35,576 nucleotides of DNA, from positions 77,354,310-77,389,885 of the forward strand of contig NC_068987.1 of the NCBI RefSeq assembly GCF_001194135.2. The letters run 5' to 3'. This document shows, piece by piece, positions 11,270-23,444 of this stretch. The notes below the pieces were generated by a model. That model had not been told where the DNA came from. It ran no database searches and saw only the letters and a program-made list of their open reading frames with translations. Every line of letters begins with the position of its first letter. Within the stretch, counting starts at the first letter, position 1. Made by a program: the position numbers and the translations under genes. Source of the DNA: Octopus bimaculoides. Taxonomy: Eukaryota.

Positions 11270-12468
11270 ACATAATCATGTTCGTGTTAGTACGCGGGTT
11301 TACATTCTTGCACATACCTATATACACTCTCTCTGACTCACACACATACACACACACTAAGATAATACATAGACCAGCCTACATACATATATTTACACAC
11401 ACATATATATATGTGTGTGTGTGTGTGCATGTATGCATACGTGTCTATNNNNNNNNNNNNNNNNNNNNNNNNNNNNNNNNNNNNNNNNNNNNNNNNNNNN
11501 NNNNNNNNNNNNNNNNNNNNNNNNNNNNNNNNNNNNNNNNNNNNNNNNNNNNNNNNNNNNNNNNNNNNNNNNNNNNNNNNNNNNNNNNNNNNNNNNNNNN
11601 NNNNNNNNNNNNNNNNNNNNNNNNNNNNNNNNNNNNNATATGCAGGTATATATATACATACATCTACAAACATAAATATGCATACATACACACATGCATA
11701 CACACACATGCATACATACATACAAGCACACACACATATACATACATAAATACATACATACATACACAAACACATAGATACATACATACATACAAACATA
11801 CATACACACATACACACACACACATACACACGCACATAGATGCATACATACATACACACATACATACACACATACATACATTTCAAGGAATGGGAGCCAA
11901 ACGAATTGAAATGCTTTGTTGGGAAACCCTGGTTATATTTTGCGAAGTGGTAGGCGACACGCACAAGTGTGTTCACAACGGAGTGGGGAAGACTGTTTAG
12001 ATATTCATTGTCAGGCCACAAACCAATTTAATAAGCAATCTAGTTTTTGAAAAGCCAATTATCTCCGAGTGAAGCAAGCCTAACCACAACGTTGAAAGTC
12101 TTCCGTATAATAGAGATAATGTTTGCTGTTTCATTATATATATCACACAGTGATGGTAGATGCATACCCACCCACATACATAAATACATACGCCAATGCA
12201 TACATATGTGTGTGTGTGTGCGTGTATATGCATATATATGCTTAAATATGTATGTGAAATGTATTGAAAATGATCGTTGCTTGCTTTTTGAATGATTGCT
12301 GTTAAATTGAAAGTGTGGAGGGGTTGTTGTCTATACGATTTCCCTGTGTGATAGTAACTGTGGTTCTTTCATTTAGCAGTATACATACATTCAAAATTAT
12401 GCAGAACCAAAACAGTCAGAAATGCACAAGGGCACACCGATAAACACATAAGAGTGTGTGTGGTGTGT

Positions 12469-12537
<69 letters not shown>

Positions 12538-12693
12538 ACGCGCACGCACGGACACAAATTCGGTTGTGTCTGATAATCGAGGATAACTTGGCAGCGTGTA
12601 CCATGTTTTCGCTAATTGGTTGTTGTGCGTATGTAGACGTGAGCAGAGACATTTCAGCTATTCCATTGTAGATGATCTAGAATTTAACATATG

Positions 12694-12730
<37 letters not shown>
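9950..12730. repeat. Compound microsatellite field: (TA)n, (CA/TG)n, (CATA)n, (AG)n
   Basis: Directly visible; source of most ORFs in the track here. Confidence 0.95.
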
Positions 12731-13139
12731 CTACACCAGCACTAGAGTGTTGCTTTATTAATCCACCCTGATAGGAAGAAAGGTAAGGTTAGCTTTAATG
12801 GTATTTGAACTCATTGACACAAATATCGCAACGCATTCTATCCGATACTCTCTCGACTTTGCCAATCGACCACCTTGCATATAAACAAATACAATAGTAT
12901 ATGCATCATATTTTAATATGTGCACACTTCTTGCAATATTCTCCCGCCTTTCGAAGTTCATCTTCAGTAACTCCATGTCTCTCTAGCTGACATATTTTGA
13001 AACAGAGTTTGGATCGCCGTTGTGCTCTATTACCGGTATCACACGCCCACAATCACCAGAAAATAATTAGATTTTGATTCCATTAGCTACATAGCGTGCA
13101 GAGAGGATTGTCTGTGGCCTACAATATCTAACGAAGTTC

Positions 13140-13515
13140 ATTAATAGCAACTCAGACCTAGAAACGATTTCTTCTATAGTCTGAAATCGGTGACCTTTCA
13201 GGTTTGATTTCAGCTTTAGGAATAAAACCAGTCTACGGTGACCAAACCAGGACAATAGGGCGCCAAGGGACGCGAATCGATTCTCGTTTTGTGAAAAACT
13301 TCATGCATGATAAATGCATGAGAAGGTGCATTGTAGAGGTGCAGAAACCAGGTTTTATTTATACCTGAGACCTCTTCCTTCGTTCTGCCTTTTTCAATGC
13401 CTTAGGGAAAGAAATAAAATTCTATAACGATGTCGTCGGACTAATGAAACAAATTGGTGATGAATGACGCCTTTCCAATAAAAAATAGCAAGATTAACTT
13501 TTTTTTTCTGTATTT
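13140..13515 (-). mobile_element. Mariner transposase remnant 1 (catalytic C-terminal part)
   Basis: Minus-strand pieces KVNLAIFYWKGVIHHQFV, WFLHLYNAPSH (HDNAPAH-like), APYCPGLV (YSPDLAP-like) and LFLKLKSNLKGHRFQTIEEI; frameshifted. Confidence 0.85.
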
Positions 13516-13518
13516 CAG

Positions 13519-14685
13519 GGCCCCTTGGGGGGCAGAACATTTTGTTTCTTCCCACATATTGTGGGAAGAAATAAACTAGAGATTGGGTATGTGGGCTGCC
13601 ACCTGGTACTGAGCCCGAGTGGATTGAGGACACAATCCGCCAGGGGCTGGATGACAGCGGAACCAAGCTCCTTAATGTAAAAGTCCTTCCTTCAGCGTAT
13701 TGGGTTGGGTCAAAAGCTGTTTTGACCATGTGGACCCAATCAGCCAAAGATCTGGTATTTCCAGATTTTTTTGAGGATGGACGGGCACAGATATCCGGTG
13801 ATAGTTGAAGGACGCCTCCCCCCCCCCCAAGTGTCACCTGTGTCTGGAGCCGGGCCACATTAATAAAGACTGTCCCCAGAACCAGAGTAAGGTCCTTGAA
13901 CAGTTAATAAATGTTGTTTCCCCCGCTCCCCCAGTGGAGGGAGAAACGGAGGAAGTCGAGGAGGTGGAAACCTCCTTGAAAACAGGAAAAGAAAGGAAGA
14001 AGGTGGGCAACAATGGTTGCCCACCGAAAGTTGCGGGGGAGGAGGAGGACCTTCCGGCAAAGGTGGAAGTGTGCCCTACTTCAGTGCCCCCCCCCCCCAA
14101 AAAAAAAAGAAAGAAAGAAGAACGGGACCCGGCCAGCGCTCGATAGTGTACCGCCGGCGTGTCCCGACACTCCGTTTGTGGGAATTGTGCCACCAACGGA
14201 AGAAAGCCTGTCGGCAGGAATTGTGCCGCCGACAGCAGAAGCTGTGGGCTAGCCCTATGAGGAACAGGAATGGTTAGTCTTATTCCGCAAGGGAGGAGCC
14301 GTGCATAAATTTGTAAAAAGCGCACTAGGAAGTGTCGGAGGGAGGGAATCTTCACCTGTGCTGTGGATCCTGACTGGCCTCTGCAGGTGACTGCGGAGGT
14401 CGTGTCGGATAATGACTTATGCACAGTGGTGAATTCCTTCCCCATCGGCGAATTCTGGTTTGTGGAGTGGCCGACCCAGTCCCATTGTGCTTGAGAAAAG
14501 CACTGAAGATGGTCAGCCGGAAAAATGTAAGAGGACGAGTGCCTCATATTGAAAGGGCTTGTGGCCCTGAAAAAGAAAAGTGTAAGAGGCAAGTGCCTCA
14601 GTTCAAACACATAATGTAACATGAAATTGTAAAGTAAGAGGTTTATAGCCTCAATTTGTAAATTTGTGTAATTTATAAAAAAACA
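13519..14685 (+). mobile_element. Zinc-knuckle ORF1/Gag-like retroelement remnant; no ORF2 seen
   Basis: GHRYPVIVEGR followed by the CCHC knuckle CHLCLEPGHINKDC (13832-13873), then an acidic/basic low-complexity stretch; GC-rich relative to flanks; A-rich end at about 14675-14685; frameshifts and stops. Confidence 0.7.
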
Positions 14686-14837
14686 ATGATTTAGAGAAGC
14701 AGAGTTCGGCGGGCGGCTTCTGTCCTCTCTCATTAATATCATCGTGGTCATCATTCATCCCATCTCATTAATGTGTTTGTCCAGTCCGCAGCTACTCATC
14801 TTTGCAACTGCCCTCGTGGCAAATTGAAATGAAATAA

Positions 14838-14983
14838 AGTAGCTTGCCTACCAACTACATGGTCTCGGGTTCAGTCCCACTGCGTGGCACCTTAGGCAAG
14901 TGTCTTCTACTATAGTCTCGAGCCGACCAAAGCTTTGTGAGTGGATCTGATAGACGGAAACTGGAAGAAGCCCGTCGTATATC

Positions 14984-15014
<31 letters not shown>

Positions 15015-15290
15015 NNNNNNNNNNNNNNNNNNNNNNNNNNNNNNNNNNNNNNNNNNNNNNNNNNNNNNNNNNNNNNNNNNNNNNNNNNNNNNNNNNNNNN
15101 NNNNNNNNNNNNNNNNNNNNNNNNNNNNNNNNNNNNNNNNNNNNNNNNNNNNNNNNNNNNNNNNNNNNNNNNNNNNNNNNNNNNAAAGAATAAGCTCTGG
15201 GGTCGATTTGCTCGACTATAAAGGCGGTGCTCAAGCATGGCCGCAGTCAAATGATTGAAACAAGTAAAAGAGTAAAAGAGTAAAAGAGTT
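14838..15290 (+). mobile_element. Family B (CORE-type) SINE spanning a gap
   Basis: gggttcagtcccactgcgtggcaccttaggcaagtgtcttctactatag, then a central (TG)n, then ggggtcgatttgctcgact...gcatggccgcagtc and a (GTAAAAGA)3 tail. Confidence 0.85.
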
Positions 15291-15400
15291 AATAAATAAA
15301 TAATTAAATAAATAAAATAACCATCCTGAAATACAAGAATATCTGTTTTAACACACGATTTCACATCAGAAATTTTGCAAAACGAATTGATAAACGTGTA

Positions 15401-15436
<36 letters not shown>

Positions 15437-15442
<6 letters not shown>

Positions 15443-16345
15443 GTTTTCAAATATTTTTTTAATATTGTTGTCCTTATTTATCATCAATAATTTTAAGAAA
15501 TCAGAAATATATTCTCCATTGTTCACGACCTTTTGCCTCCGTTCCACTCGTTTGTCAATGCTTCGACGATAGAATTCATCGGATCTTGAATCGAAGAATT
15601 CATCAATTCATATTTTCAGATCCACGTTGTTGTTGAACGAAGTGTCTCTCAGACGCTGGAGTGCGACAGCAAAATGCGATAATTTGAACGTATTACATCA
15701 GAAGAATACGAATGGCTGCGATAGAACTTCCAAACCGAGTTCGTGGATAGCATTTTTGGTAAAATTAGTGGCGTGCAGGTGAGGTCTGTCGTGTTGAAGA
15801 AGCACGCTCGTCGATTCTTTCCGATGTTTTCCCTCAATGATACGGTACATTTGCTGAACGTAAAGCTCTACATTGATCGTGTGGTTGTTTACAAGAATTT
15901 CGTAGTGGCATAACCCTTCCCAGTCTCACCAAACGCAAATCATAGCTTGCATGGATGCAGCTCTGGCTTGACTCGAGATGCTGCTTGTTTATCGAGAGAC
16001 ATCCATTCTTTTCTTTGCTTCATATAGACGTAAAGACACCGTTTTTCATTGTCGGTGGTGATGTGATAAAGAAATCTCTGTTTCTCTCCCCGAGTAGCCA
16101 AGTTGGGCGAGCAAACTGATGGCGAGAGAAGAGCGCTAGAGTTTGTCTCAGAGTTTGTAGCCTTCATGCACTGAGGTTTTGGAACTTGTCTATTGAATGA
16201 GGGTGATGGTAGACGCTTTCATGAAACTATCTCATTTGCCGGGACAATGTCCATGTAGGTAAGCGCGGATCCTCGTGGTTGTGTTCGTTCAATCAATCTT
16301 CATTCAACTAAACAGGTTGGTCTGTGAGGTCGAATTTCCCCTCAT
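15437..16345 (-). mobile_element. Mariner (D,D34D-type) transposase remnant 2 with right-end TIR vestige
   Basis: Minus-strand pieces GKFDLTD, HEDPR, FLYHITTDNEKRCLYVYMKQRKEW, VKPELHP, VLLQHDRPH, TKNAIHELGLEVL and QKVVNNGEYI; the end tattgggttttcaaa abuts (TA)n, the mariner target. Confidence 0.9.
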
Positions 16346-16689
16346 TGGAGAGTGAAAACTATTTCTGTGCACTTTTTTTTCAGCAATAGTACTTTCCCTT
16401 TACACAGAACATATATCTCGAGCTACTTTGACAGCTTTGGAGCCTTGGTCAAAACCGAAAAGAAGAAAATATCCAAAATGCTTGGAGTTTTTGTTTGTTT
16501 GTTGTTTTTTTTATTTTTGCTTTTTTTGTCTTTTTTTCTACTTTCCAGTTCATCGTTATATGTCTTTAAAAAGACAAAATTTATTTAAATTTCTATAACC
16601 ATAAACAAAAATTGAAGAAATATGGAACTGCAAAAAATGACTGAAAACACTACGATAAAAAATATTCTTTGTGTTAATTTGAATAACAC

Positions 16690-17610
16690 TGGAAAGAGAC
16701 GAACAAATTTATCCGAAGACTACATACATACATACAAAGACTGCCAGAACACGGTGAGACTGGAAATCTATAGGAATCTAGCAGAAAATTTACTGAAATG
16801 GTTCGTTAAACATTTCAGCCCTGCTGTCAAACGTTACTGTGAGAAGAATATTCCCAAAGTCAAATGATTCTACTTTTGGATGACGCTCCTGGCCATTCTT
16901 CAATTCTCGATTCACTCCAAACGTACGTACCTGATGAAATTGTTTTCATTTCACCAAACACAACTTCACAACTACAGCCTATGGATCAGGGACAAGTCAT
17001 TTCTATTTGCAAGGTATGTTATCTAAGATCTTTTTAGTCAGATGATTATAGTGACTGATGATAAATATCAATCAGTCAAAAAATGCCGGATAAATTGCAT
17101 TACGCAAGCAATAAAAAAAATATTTAAAATGCCTGGGAAGAAGTTAAACATACATGCTACATTGGTGTTTGGAATAAATTATGTCTTAATGTTGTTAAGG
17201 AAGGACATAGGATAGGGGAGAATTAATCTCAATCGGTAATAGCACTGTAGAAATGGCACAGGAATTAGGATTTGAAGAACTTGATGCAAGTGATATTCAA
17301 AATTTATTGCATACTGATAAAAAGACTTTTAATTATGAAGACTTTAAGGAGTTAACAGAACTGCAAGTGTCTAGTTTAGATAACGAAGAAAATATCCCCC
17401 ACCCATTACTGCAACCGATTTTATCATTAACAAAGATATTATCTAAATTATCTAGTGAAATAACTCGTGCTTTAGAAAGACTTTCAGAAAACGATCTAAA
17501 TTTTGAACGAAGCATATTTAAATGATCTAAAATGGTAACGTTGAATTGTTATAGAGAAAAATTAGAGGTTTGTAAGAAAAAGGCAAAGCAATCAAACCTA
17601 TATAAAAGTT
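16690..17610 (+). mobile_element. Tigger/pogo DDE_1 transposase remnant
   Basis: KWFVKHFSPAVKRYCEKNIPK, LDDAPGHS (DNAPGH-like), SPNTTSQLQPMDQG and AQELGFEELDASDIQNLL are hallmark Tigger/TIGD motifs; frameshifted. Confidence 0.9.
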
Positions 17611-19044
17611 AAAAATCTAGCAGAACCAGTAGTACCATTTTATTATTTTTTTAAATTTTATGTTTTCTTTACCCGCTGCATAATTTAAAGAAGTGTGTAA
17701 TTTTTTCTCTCGAATTACATACAATTTTGTTCAAAGAACTATTCCTGTATTATGTGTGTAAAGTTTTTGATTGAATTAAAGATAATTCTGTTCAAAAGTA
17801 TTATTCTATATATGTAGGAGCATCGTAGACCTACTGTATTTTAATCCTTTTGTTACTATATATTTCTGTCGGAATAGAGTCTTAGAGTCTTAGATAAGTT
17901 TCGGCCGAAGTTGGCCCAGGCCATGTCTAATTTAATAGCACCACCTGGAAGAGATACACAGTCAGCCCTTGGGCACCATAGCCCATTCGAGTAGAGAGTT
18001 ATTGTTTAAACTTTTTTCTGCCTTTCATAGTGACACCAAAGCCACCTTTTCCGAATAAGCAAACTACATTCTCCCAACACCGAATCACATTTAATGCATT
18101 TGCATTCACCTATTCACTTCCTTCTTGCATTGAAACACAAGATATGAGGTGACGAGTATACTCACCCCTTCATATCGTGAATCAAACTCTTTGTGTAAAC
18201 TTTTCTCCACAAAGCTGCAAATTCTCTCCTCACCCACGTCATTATTTTTCCCTTCCTTCTTCTGCAGATACTGATTTCTAAAAGTTCAATGTGGCAGAGT
18301 CTGTAAAGGTCATTTTCGGCATTATTCTTCTTTCTCGCTATGAACTAACGAATTTAAAAAAAAATTGTCCACAATACTTTACGGCAACTTAAACTTCAAA
18401 TTATTAAGTAAAAATAACAAACACGAACTAATATACGATACAGCAAATATATAAATGAAAATAAAGATATTTCTTTTGATCGACATTTCCTTACAGAAAT
18501 AGAATAAGAAACAAGCAGTGCAGTGCACAGGTTAAACAGTCCAGACTTAACGAAACTCAAGGAAAAGATTAAATTTTATAAGAAAAATATCATCTGAAGA
18601 AATTGGACTGAACTAAGCATGAGTGCACCAGTGAATATATACAATAATTTTAGTTTGTCCATTTCTATCATTCTATGTTCATTGTTCGGTGGTAATTCTT
18701 TTGACACAAAAGGTATTATGCTTGCTATATACAGGAGATTACATTGTGGTTGCTTTTTTTTTTTAGCATTCGCATTATTCAAGTTGAATATACACAAAAA
18801 CACAATTTCGTTCAATTCTTTTCCTCAATTTTTCAACAAATTAAAAATTTATTATCAAGATGAGTTAAAACTAGAAATAAAATCCAGAGAACAATTGAAT
18901 TTTCTTAGGGGATAGAACTGTTGTGCAAATGCAGATTACGTCAAGCAAACACAGAAAGAGTGCACAACATACTTACTTAGGTCTGTCCTGAGCCCGAGAA
19001 CTCATAAGACCGGAGCTGAACCCGATCTCCATGGTCTATAAGTA

Positions 19045-19251
19045 AATGAGATTACAACACTCACACGTTAAATGGGACGCCAGTTCGTCGCAGGATCAAC
19101 TTCCTAGCTATTGCTGGAACTCATTTACAGCTGAAATGAAGGATTTTTTGTTTGTTTTTTCTCGAGAACACAACGCAGTGACCGTCAAGGAATCGAAACC
19201 ACAGTTTTACGATCATGAGTGTAACAACGTAACAGCTAAGCTGTGCGCTTC
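19045..19251 (-). mobile_element. Family D-type CORE SINE
   Basis: Antisense B box ggaatcgaaacc, ctcgagaacacaacgc (CORE-like) and catttacagctg; different 3' tail (gggacgccagttcgtcgcagg). Confidence 0.65.
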
Positions 19252-19389
19252 ACTACACACAAAATATTTATTCTGTTAAAGATCTAAATAAAGTTTTAAA
19301 AACTTCAAGGACTGTACTGTATTTGTCATTCCAGTATAGCAAGTGATATCGATTTTTCACGAGACGACGAACGAATCACTAGTTGATCA

Positions 19390-19515
19390 TTCGACCTTCT
19401 AGAAACAGTGACCAAATCTTCTTGAAATCATATTCTTCTGTCTTAGAAAAGCAAGACGTTGAATTATGTAGTCCAAACATAGTGGACAGAGTATCAGACT
19501 GGATCATGCTTTTCA
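19390..19515 (+). mobile_element. Family E fragment
   Basis: ctagaaacagtgaccaaatcttcttgaaatcata...ttatgtagtcc is the reverse complement of part of 8960-9170. Confidence 0.45.
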
Positions 19516-19633
19516 CAAATGCCTTTTTTATTTTTTTTATTTTGGTGCTCATGCACTCGTGTGCTGGTACAAACATCCTCTTGACCTTCTGATAATTAGA
19601 TTAGCCCAGTGGAACGTTCAAGATGTGACAGAT

Positions 19634-19635
<2 letters not shown>

Positions 19636-19696
<61 letters not shown>
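19636..19696. repeat. (AG)n microsatellite
   Basis: Directly visible, runs into a gap. Confidence 0.95.
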
Positions 19697-20273
19697 NNNN
19701 NNNNNNNNNNNNNNNNNNNNNNNNNNNNNNNNNNNNNNNNNNNNNNNNNNNNNNNNNNNNNNNNNNNNNNNNNNNNNNNNNNNNNNNNNNNNNNNNNNNN
19801 NNNNNNNNNNNNNNNNNNNNNNNNNNNNNNNNNNNNNNNNNNNNNNNNNNNNNNNNNNNNNNNNNNNNNNNNNNNNNNNNNNNNNNNNNNNNNNNNNNNN
19901 NNNNNNNNNNNNNNNNNNNNNNNNNNNNNNNNNNNNNNNNNNNNNNNNNNNNNNNNNNNNNNNNNNNNNNNNNNNNNNNNNNNNNNNNNNNNNNNNNNNN
20001 NNNNNNNNNNNNNNNNNNNNNNNNNNNNNNNNNNNNNNNNNNNNNNNNNNNNNNNNNNNNNNNNNNNNNNNNNNNNNNNNNNNNNNNNNNNNNNNNNNNN
20101 NNNNNNNNNNNNNNNNNNNNNNNNNNNNNNNNNNNNNNNNNNNNNNNNNNNNGACACAACAACCTCCTAAGCAGACCGAGTGCAAATATGAATAGCATAT
20201 GGGAACCGGTATTAAGGAAAGATAGAAAAATATTAGATTTATAAGCCCTAAAATTTCACTCCATAATTGCCCA

Positions 20274-20465
20274 TATGGCGTAGTGATTAAGAGTGCGGGC
20301 TACTAACCCCAAGATTCCGAGTTCGATTCCAGGTAGTGACCTGAATAATAATAATAACATCGAAAAATACCTTAGGAATGAGGATCCAGGCTGGAGGACA
20401 TCAGCCGAAACGTTGTGTTAATAACAAACAAGATGAGGGCAAATATCCGCCAAATGTAAATAATA
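20274..20465 (+). mobile_element. tRNA-headed SINE with a Penelope-like, partial hammerhead-like tail
   Basis: A box tggcgtagtga (20276), B box gttcgattcc (20321), (AAT)n linker, then ggctg-N8-cagcc-GAAAC-gtt at 20389-20414. Confidence 0.7.
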
Positions 20466-20471
20466 TGTGTG

Positions 20472-20512
<41 letters not shown>

Positions 20513-20560
20513 ACACACATATATATATAGAGAGAGAGAGAAACAGAGAGACAGACAGAC

Positions 20561-20601
<41 letters not shown>

Positions 20602-20664
20602 TACATGAATATGAATACTGTATGTAGATATGTATGTGATGGCGAATGTATCCTTGAATCTCGC

Positions 20665-20790
20665 AGTGACTTAGTAGTTTGGCTGTTGCACTCATGATCG
20701 TAAGGTTTCGATTCCTGAACAGGGCGATGTGTTGAGTTCTTGAGCAAAATACATCATTTCACATTACTCCAGTTGACTCGGCGGGGATGG
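20665..20790 (+). mobile_element. Degenerate family D SINE head
   Basis: ggtttcgattcc B box; gttcttgagcaaaatacatcatttcacattactccag CORE-like. Confidence 0.6.
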
Positions 20791-20879
20791 AATATATACA
20801 CAACAGAATCCGGGAAAGCGACTTCTTGAACCTAACATTCAGGAAAAAGCTTTGATCCTACTTTTTCTTTATTTCGATA

Positions 20880-21319
20880 TTGTATGCGTGTACGTATAGT
20901 ATATAGATGTGTGAGAGTATGTTTTATATAGGTATATGTGTATATCTGTGTGTAGGTGTGTGCGCGCGTGTGTGTGTATAACTACAAATGATTGCTATGT
21001 TGTACATAGATATATGCGTTTGATTACAGGAATAATGTATACATATTTGACTGTGTCTCTGTATGTAGACATATATGTATGTGAGTGTGTGTGTGTGTGT
21101 GTGTGTACGTGTGTGTGTGTGTGTGCATCTATATATGCTTTTGCATGTATGTATGCGTGTGTGCATGTTAGTAAATATCTGATATGATGCACTTGGAAGT
21201 ATGCATATGTTAATAGAAATAATGCTTGTATACCCGTCTGTGCCTCTGTAAGTAAATATGTAAGTATTATCTATGTATCTACGCATGTATATATGCGTTA
21301 GCATACATGCATACATGTG

Positions 21320-21395
<76 letters not shown>

Positions 21396-21400
21396 CGTGC
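20880..21400. repeat. Compound (TG)n/(TA)n microsatellite field
   Basis: Directly visible. Confidence 0.9.
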
Positions 21401-22514
21401 GTATTGTTGTTGTTCTTGCTAACTATAATTCAATATTCACTAATGTCTTGATAAAACCACGCAGCAATACCAAACGAATATTGATAAATTATGTGGAAAG
21501 AGATTACATTAAAGATTTTCACTTTTGCTTTCTCCAAACATCACCCCACCCAATCACCCACCTATCCTCTCCCCTCCTCCTCCTCCTCTTCCTCCTCTCC
21601 ATCTCCCTCTTTTTCTATCCCCCTTACTTTCTCATTAATAATTATATTTATGTTATATATGTTTTTAATTTTATCATTTAACTTTTATTCGCATTTTTTA
21701 TTGTTTATTTACGTTTGCGCTCATTTCAGTAATTTCGGTATTTTTCCATATTTGTCCAGGTATATCTCATTTTTCTTATCTTTTTCTGCTTTTTCTTTCT
21801 TTGAGCAAATCATTCACTGAAAGTTTTAATAAATCGTTTTTAATATTATTTAATTCTGGCATATTTTATTTATATTTTAATTTATTTTATTTTAATTTTC
21901 TTATAGAAAGTTCCATTACGAAAATTTTTCCATTAATACGTCATTTCAATGGCGATTCTTTGTTTTTCGGTGGCAGTGTGTGAATGGCGGGGGTTGGAAT
22001 TTGTTATATTTTTTTAATGGACAAAACAAAGCGCAAAGTGAATCAAAATTTCTTTCAGATTATTTTATCCCACCCCACCCCACCTCTCTCTATCTATCTT
22101 CTCTTTCTCTCCTCCCCCCTCTCTCTCCCTCTCCTTTTCTCTCTCTGCTATGTTTGCTGAGGTTTATTATATATTTTATAACATTTTTTTTATAATTACT
22201 ATCGCCACTATTGTTTCCTTCATCGTTATCATCACCATCAATATGTATATGTGTGTGTGTTTGTGCGTTTGTGTGTGAGTGTGTATTCACATACATATAT
22301 ATACGTGTGTATGTATGTGCGTATGTATGAATGCTTGTAAACACGCACGTACGTATATACGTGTATATGTCCGTATGTATGTGTGTGCGTGCGTATAATA
22401 TATATAATAAATATAATATATATATATATGTATGTATATATGTATGTATGTATATGTATGTTTATGTATATCAGTATTAGTATAAAGGGAGAGAAGCAGA
22501 AGATTTCGATATTT

Positions 22515-23040
22515 AGAAGTAGTTGTCCATTTGTCTATAAATATTCTCCTTCTGACTGATTTTGCTATAAATATTTACATCTACAGAGCAGCTGACCTCT
22601 ATGACTACGTCCAATCTTTCTTTTCTCTCCCAGTGAACTATATAGGGCCTTATCAATACTACTTGTGTTGTTATGTGCATATTCATTCAATAATAGGGGC
22701 TTTGTCTATATTTATGGCAAAGCATCTCCAACAAATGACAATTCATATTGTTTTAGTAACATCATTCCGTAATAGATGAGTATCTTGGTGACATTTTGGG
22801 TAGGCTACAGGCCACATGAGTAACATCTTCAAAAATGTGACATAATCGACACTTTCGGTTGCACATTGGGAATGAGAGAGCTTAATATAAAGTGTAGCTT
22901 CTCTTGAACTCACAGCTATTACACCACGTCGCATTTCGCAGCTATTCTCTGCTTCGGAATTGCAAAAGCATAACTTTCGAAACATGAAGTGATGTGACAG
23001 CCGCGATTACAAGAGAAGCCATACTTTGTGTTGATATTAT
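22515..23040 (-). mobile_element. Old R4/Dong-clade non-LTR retrotransposon fragment (zinc finger plus RLE endonuclease)
   Basis: ITSCFESYAFAIPKQRI, KCRLCHIFEDVTHVACSLPKMSPRY (22780-22854) and RPYIVHWERKERLDVVIEVSCSVDVNIYSKISQKENIY, across frameshifts. Confidence 0.8.
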
Positions 23041-23050
23041 AACCATCCTT

Positions 23051-23443
23051 AAAGCGTCGAGCTGGCAGAATCGTTAGCACGCCGGACCAAATGTTTAGCA
23101 TGGTTTCATTTGTCTTTACGTTCTGTTTTCAAATTCCGCCGAGTTCGACTTTGCCTTTCATCCTTTCGAGTTCCATAAAATAAATACCAGTTAAGCATTG
23201 GGGTCGTTGAAACCGACTGACCCCTTCTTCCAAAAATTTCAGACCTTGTACCTATAGAAGAAAGAATATATTATCGTCATCTTTAAGGCGGCGGGCTGGC
23301 AGAATTGTTAACACGCCGGACAAAATGCTTAGCGACACTTCATCCGTCTTTAAGTTCTGTTTATCACTGTGGTCGATGTAATCAACTTGCCCACCTTCAC
23401 CAGAACTTGCTAGCCTTGTGCCATAATTTGAAACCAATATTAT
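23051..23443 (+). mobile_element. Two tandem family A SINE copies
   Basis: Heads aaagcgtcgagctggcagaatcgttagcacgcc (23051) and aaggcggcgggctggcagaattgttaacacgcc (23285); the second is internally deleted. Confidence 0.85.
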
Positions 23444-23444
23444 C

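Noticed and set aside
11882-12130. Unique-looking island among microsatellites, possible exon
   Set aside because: No recognisable domain in any frame, stops nearby and no clear splice pair.
16931-16950. ctgatga hammerhead-like box
   Set aside because: Lies inside the Tigger coding remnant and has no stem II-GAAA after it.
17880-18350. Complex sequence with MPKMTFTD on the minus strand, possible transposase start or exon
   Set aside because: The frame closes quickly and I found no confirming motifs.
18576-18915. Possible second hAT remnant (FYVHC-like)
   Set aside because: A single weak motif in AT-rich sequence; not distinguishable from chance.
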